The notes under the pieces are model-generated. The model saw nothing but the letters and a program-made list of their open reading frames with translations. It had not been told where the DNA came from and ran no database searches. 32,000 nucleotides of DNA from Candidatus Saccharimonadota bacterium (GTDB taxonomy: Archaea; Micrarchaeota; Micrarchaeia; Micrarchaeales; Micrarchaeaceae). Below, piece after piece: positions 31,704 to 32,000 of the stretch; within the stretch, counting starts at the first letter, position 1; each line of letters begins with the position of its first letter. Where the stretch lies: positions 210,001 to 242,000 of the forward strand of contig OY969114.1 in NCBI GenBank assembly GCA_963698035.1, given 5' to 3'. Position numbers and translations under genes: made by a program.

Positions 31704-32000
31704 TCAGTGGATTACCCTCTGGCTTGTGAGATTCACAACCTCCCTTATAGTCTGCAGGTTGGCAGAGAGCCCCAACACCCCCACCACATCCGCTATCTCA
31801 GACTCCGTCGCATCCAGGCCATTCACGAGAATGAAGTAGTAAGCATAAGCATAGATTAGATGGTTCTTTATGCCTGCGCCCAGCACTAGATCTACCATCT
31901 TCGGGTTCGGCTCCAGATGTATTACCTTCAGTACGTTGGTAAGGCTCTCCTTGGTTATTTCACGACCGGCGAAGCTCAGGAAGGCAGCCGCAAACAGCAC
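31704..32000 (-). CDS. Hypothetical protein, 5'-truncated by the window edge
   Basis: The ORF is open to position 32000 (98 codons visible). Its stop codon abuts the Pelota stop in convergent orientation (tgatca). No family recognised. Confidence 0.5.
   Translation of the reverse strand: MLFAAAFLSFAGREITKESLTNVLKVIHLEPNPKMVDLVLGAGIKNHLIYAYAYYFILVNGLDATESEIADVVGVLGLSANLQTIREVVNLTSQRVIH

Noticed and set aside
31704-32000. Partial ORF as ribosomal stalk protein P1/L12
   Set aside because: Only a short N-terminal resemblance exists. The C-terminus (…NLTSQRVIH) lacks the Ala/Glu-rich hinge and the conserved acidic tail.
1-32000. CRISPR arrays, rRNA genes, IS elements/transposases, inteins
   Set aside because: I found no regularly spaced direct repeats, rRNA-like segments, transposase or integrase ORFs, or terminal inverted repeats. 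The housekeeping proteins (AlaRS, PPase, aRF1) have normal lengths with no insertions.

Overview
Archaeal chromosomal segment. Archaeal markers are aRF1, Pelota, CDP-archaeol synthase, an STT3/AglB-type oligosaccharyltransferase and an archaeal-type S-layer protein; A/T-rich TATA-like boxes sit about 25-45 nt upstream of many start codons. Coding density is high, and I found no CRISPR array, rRNA or transposase. Gene order: GT-C membrane glycosyltransferase (-), carbamoyltransferase (+), second GT-C protein (+), GT2 Dol-P-sugar-synthase-like (-), secreted tandem-repeat glycoprotein (-), tRNA-Leu(UAG) (-), serS (+), aRF1 (+). Next comes a three-ORF surface-protein operon (-), a 977-aa S-layer glycoprotein (-) and a divergent AglB-like gene (+). 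These are followed by an ABC transporter with a duplicated permease plus ATPase (+), a low-GC GT2 (-), a radical SAM protein (-), membrane H+-PPase (-) and carS (-). The window ends with a low-GC AbiEi/AbiEii pair (-), alaS (-), a Cas4/Exo5-like Fe-S nuclease (-), DedA (-), Pelota (+) and a partial ORF (-). Two themes stand out. (1) A dispersed surface-glycosylation/S-layer locus: three GT-C enzymes, two GT2s, a carbamoyltransferase and several sequon-rich secreted proteins, plus an operon next to the S-layer gene. That operon encodes two membrane proteins sharing a four-Cys ectodomain I do not recognise, and one of them is split by a 1-nt frameshift. (2) Two compositionally foreign low-GC insertions: a GT2 gene, and an AbiE toxin-antitoxin module wedged 12 nt upstream of carS. 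All functional calls come from motif recognition by eye; no database search was possible.
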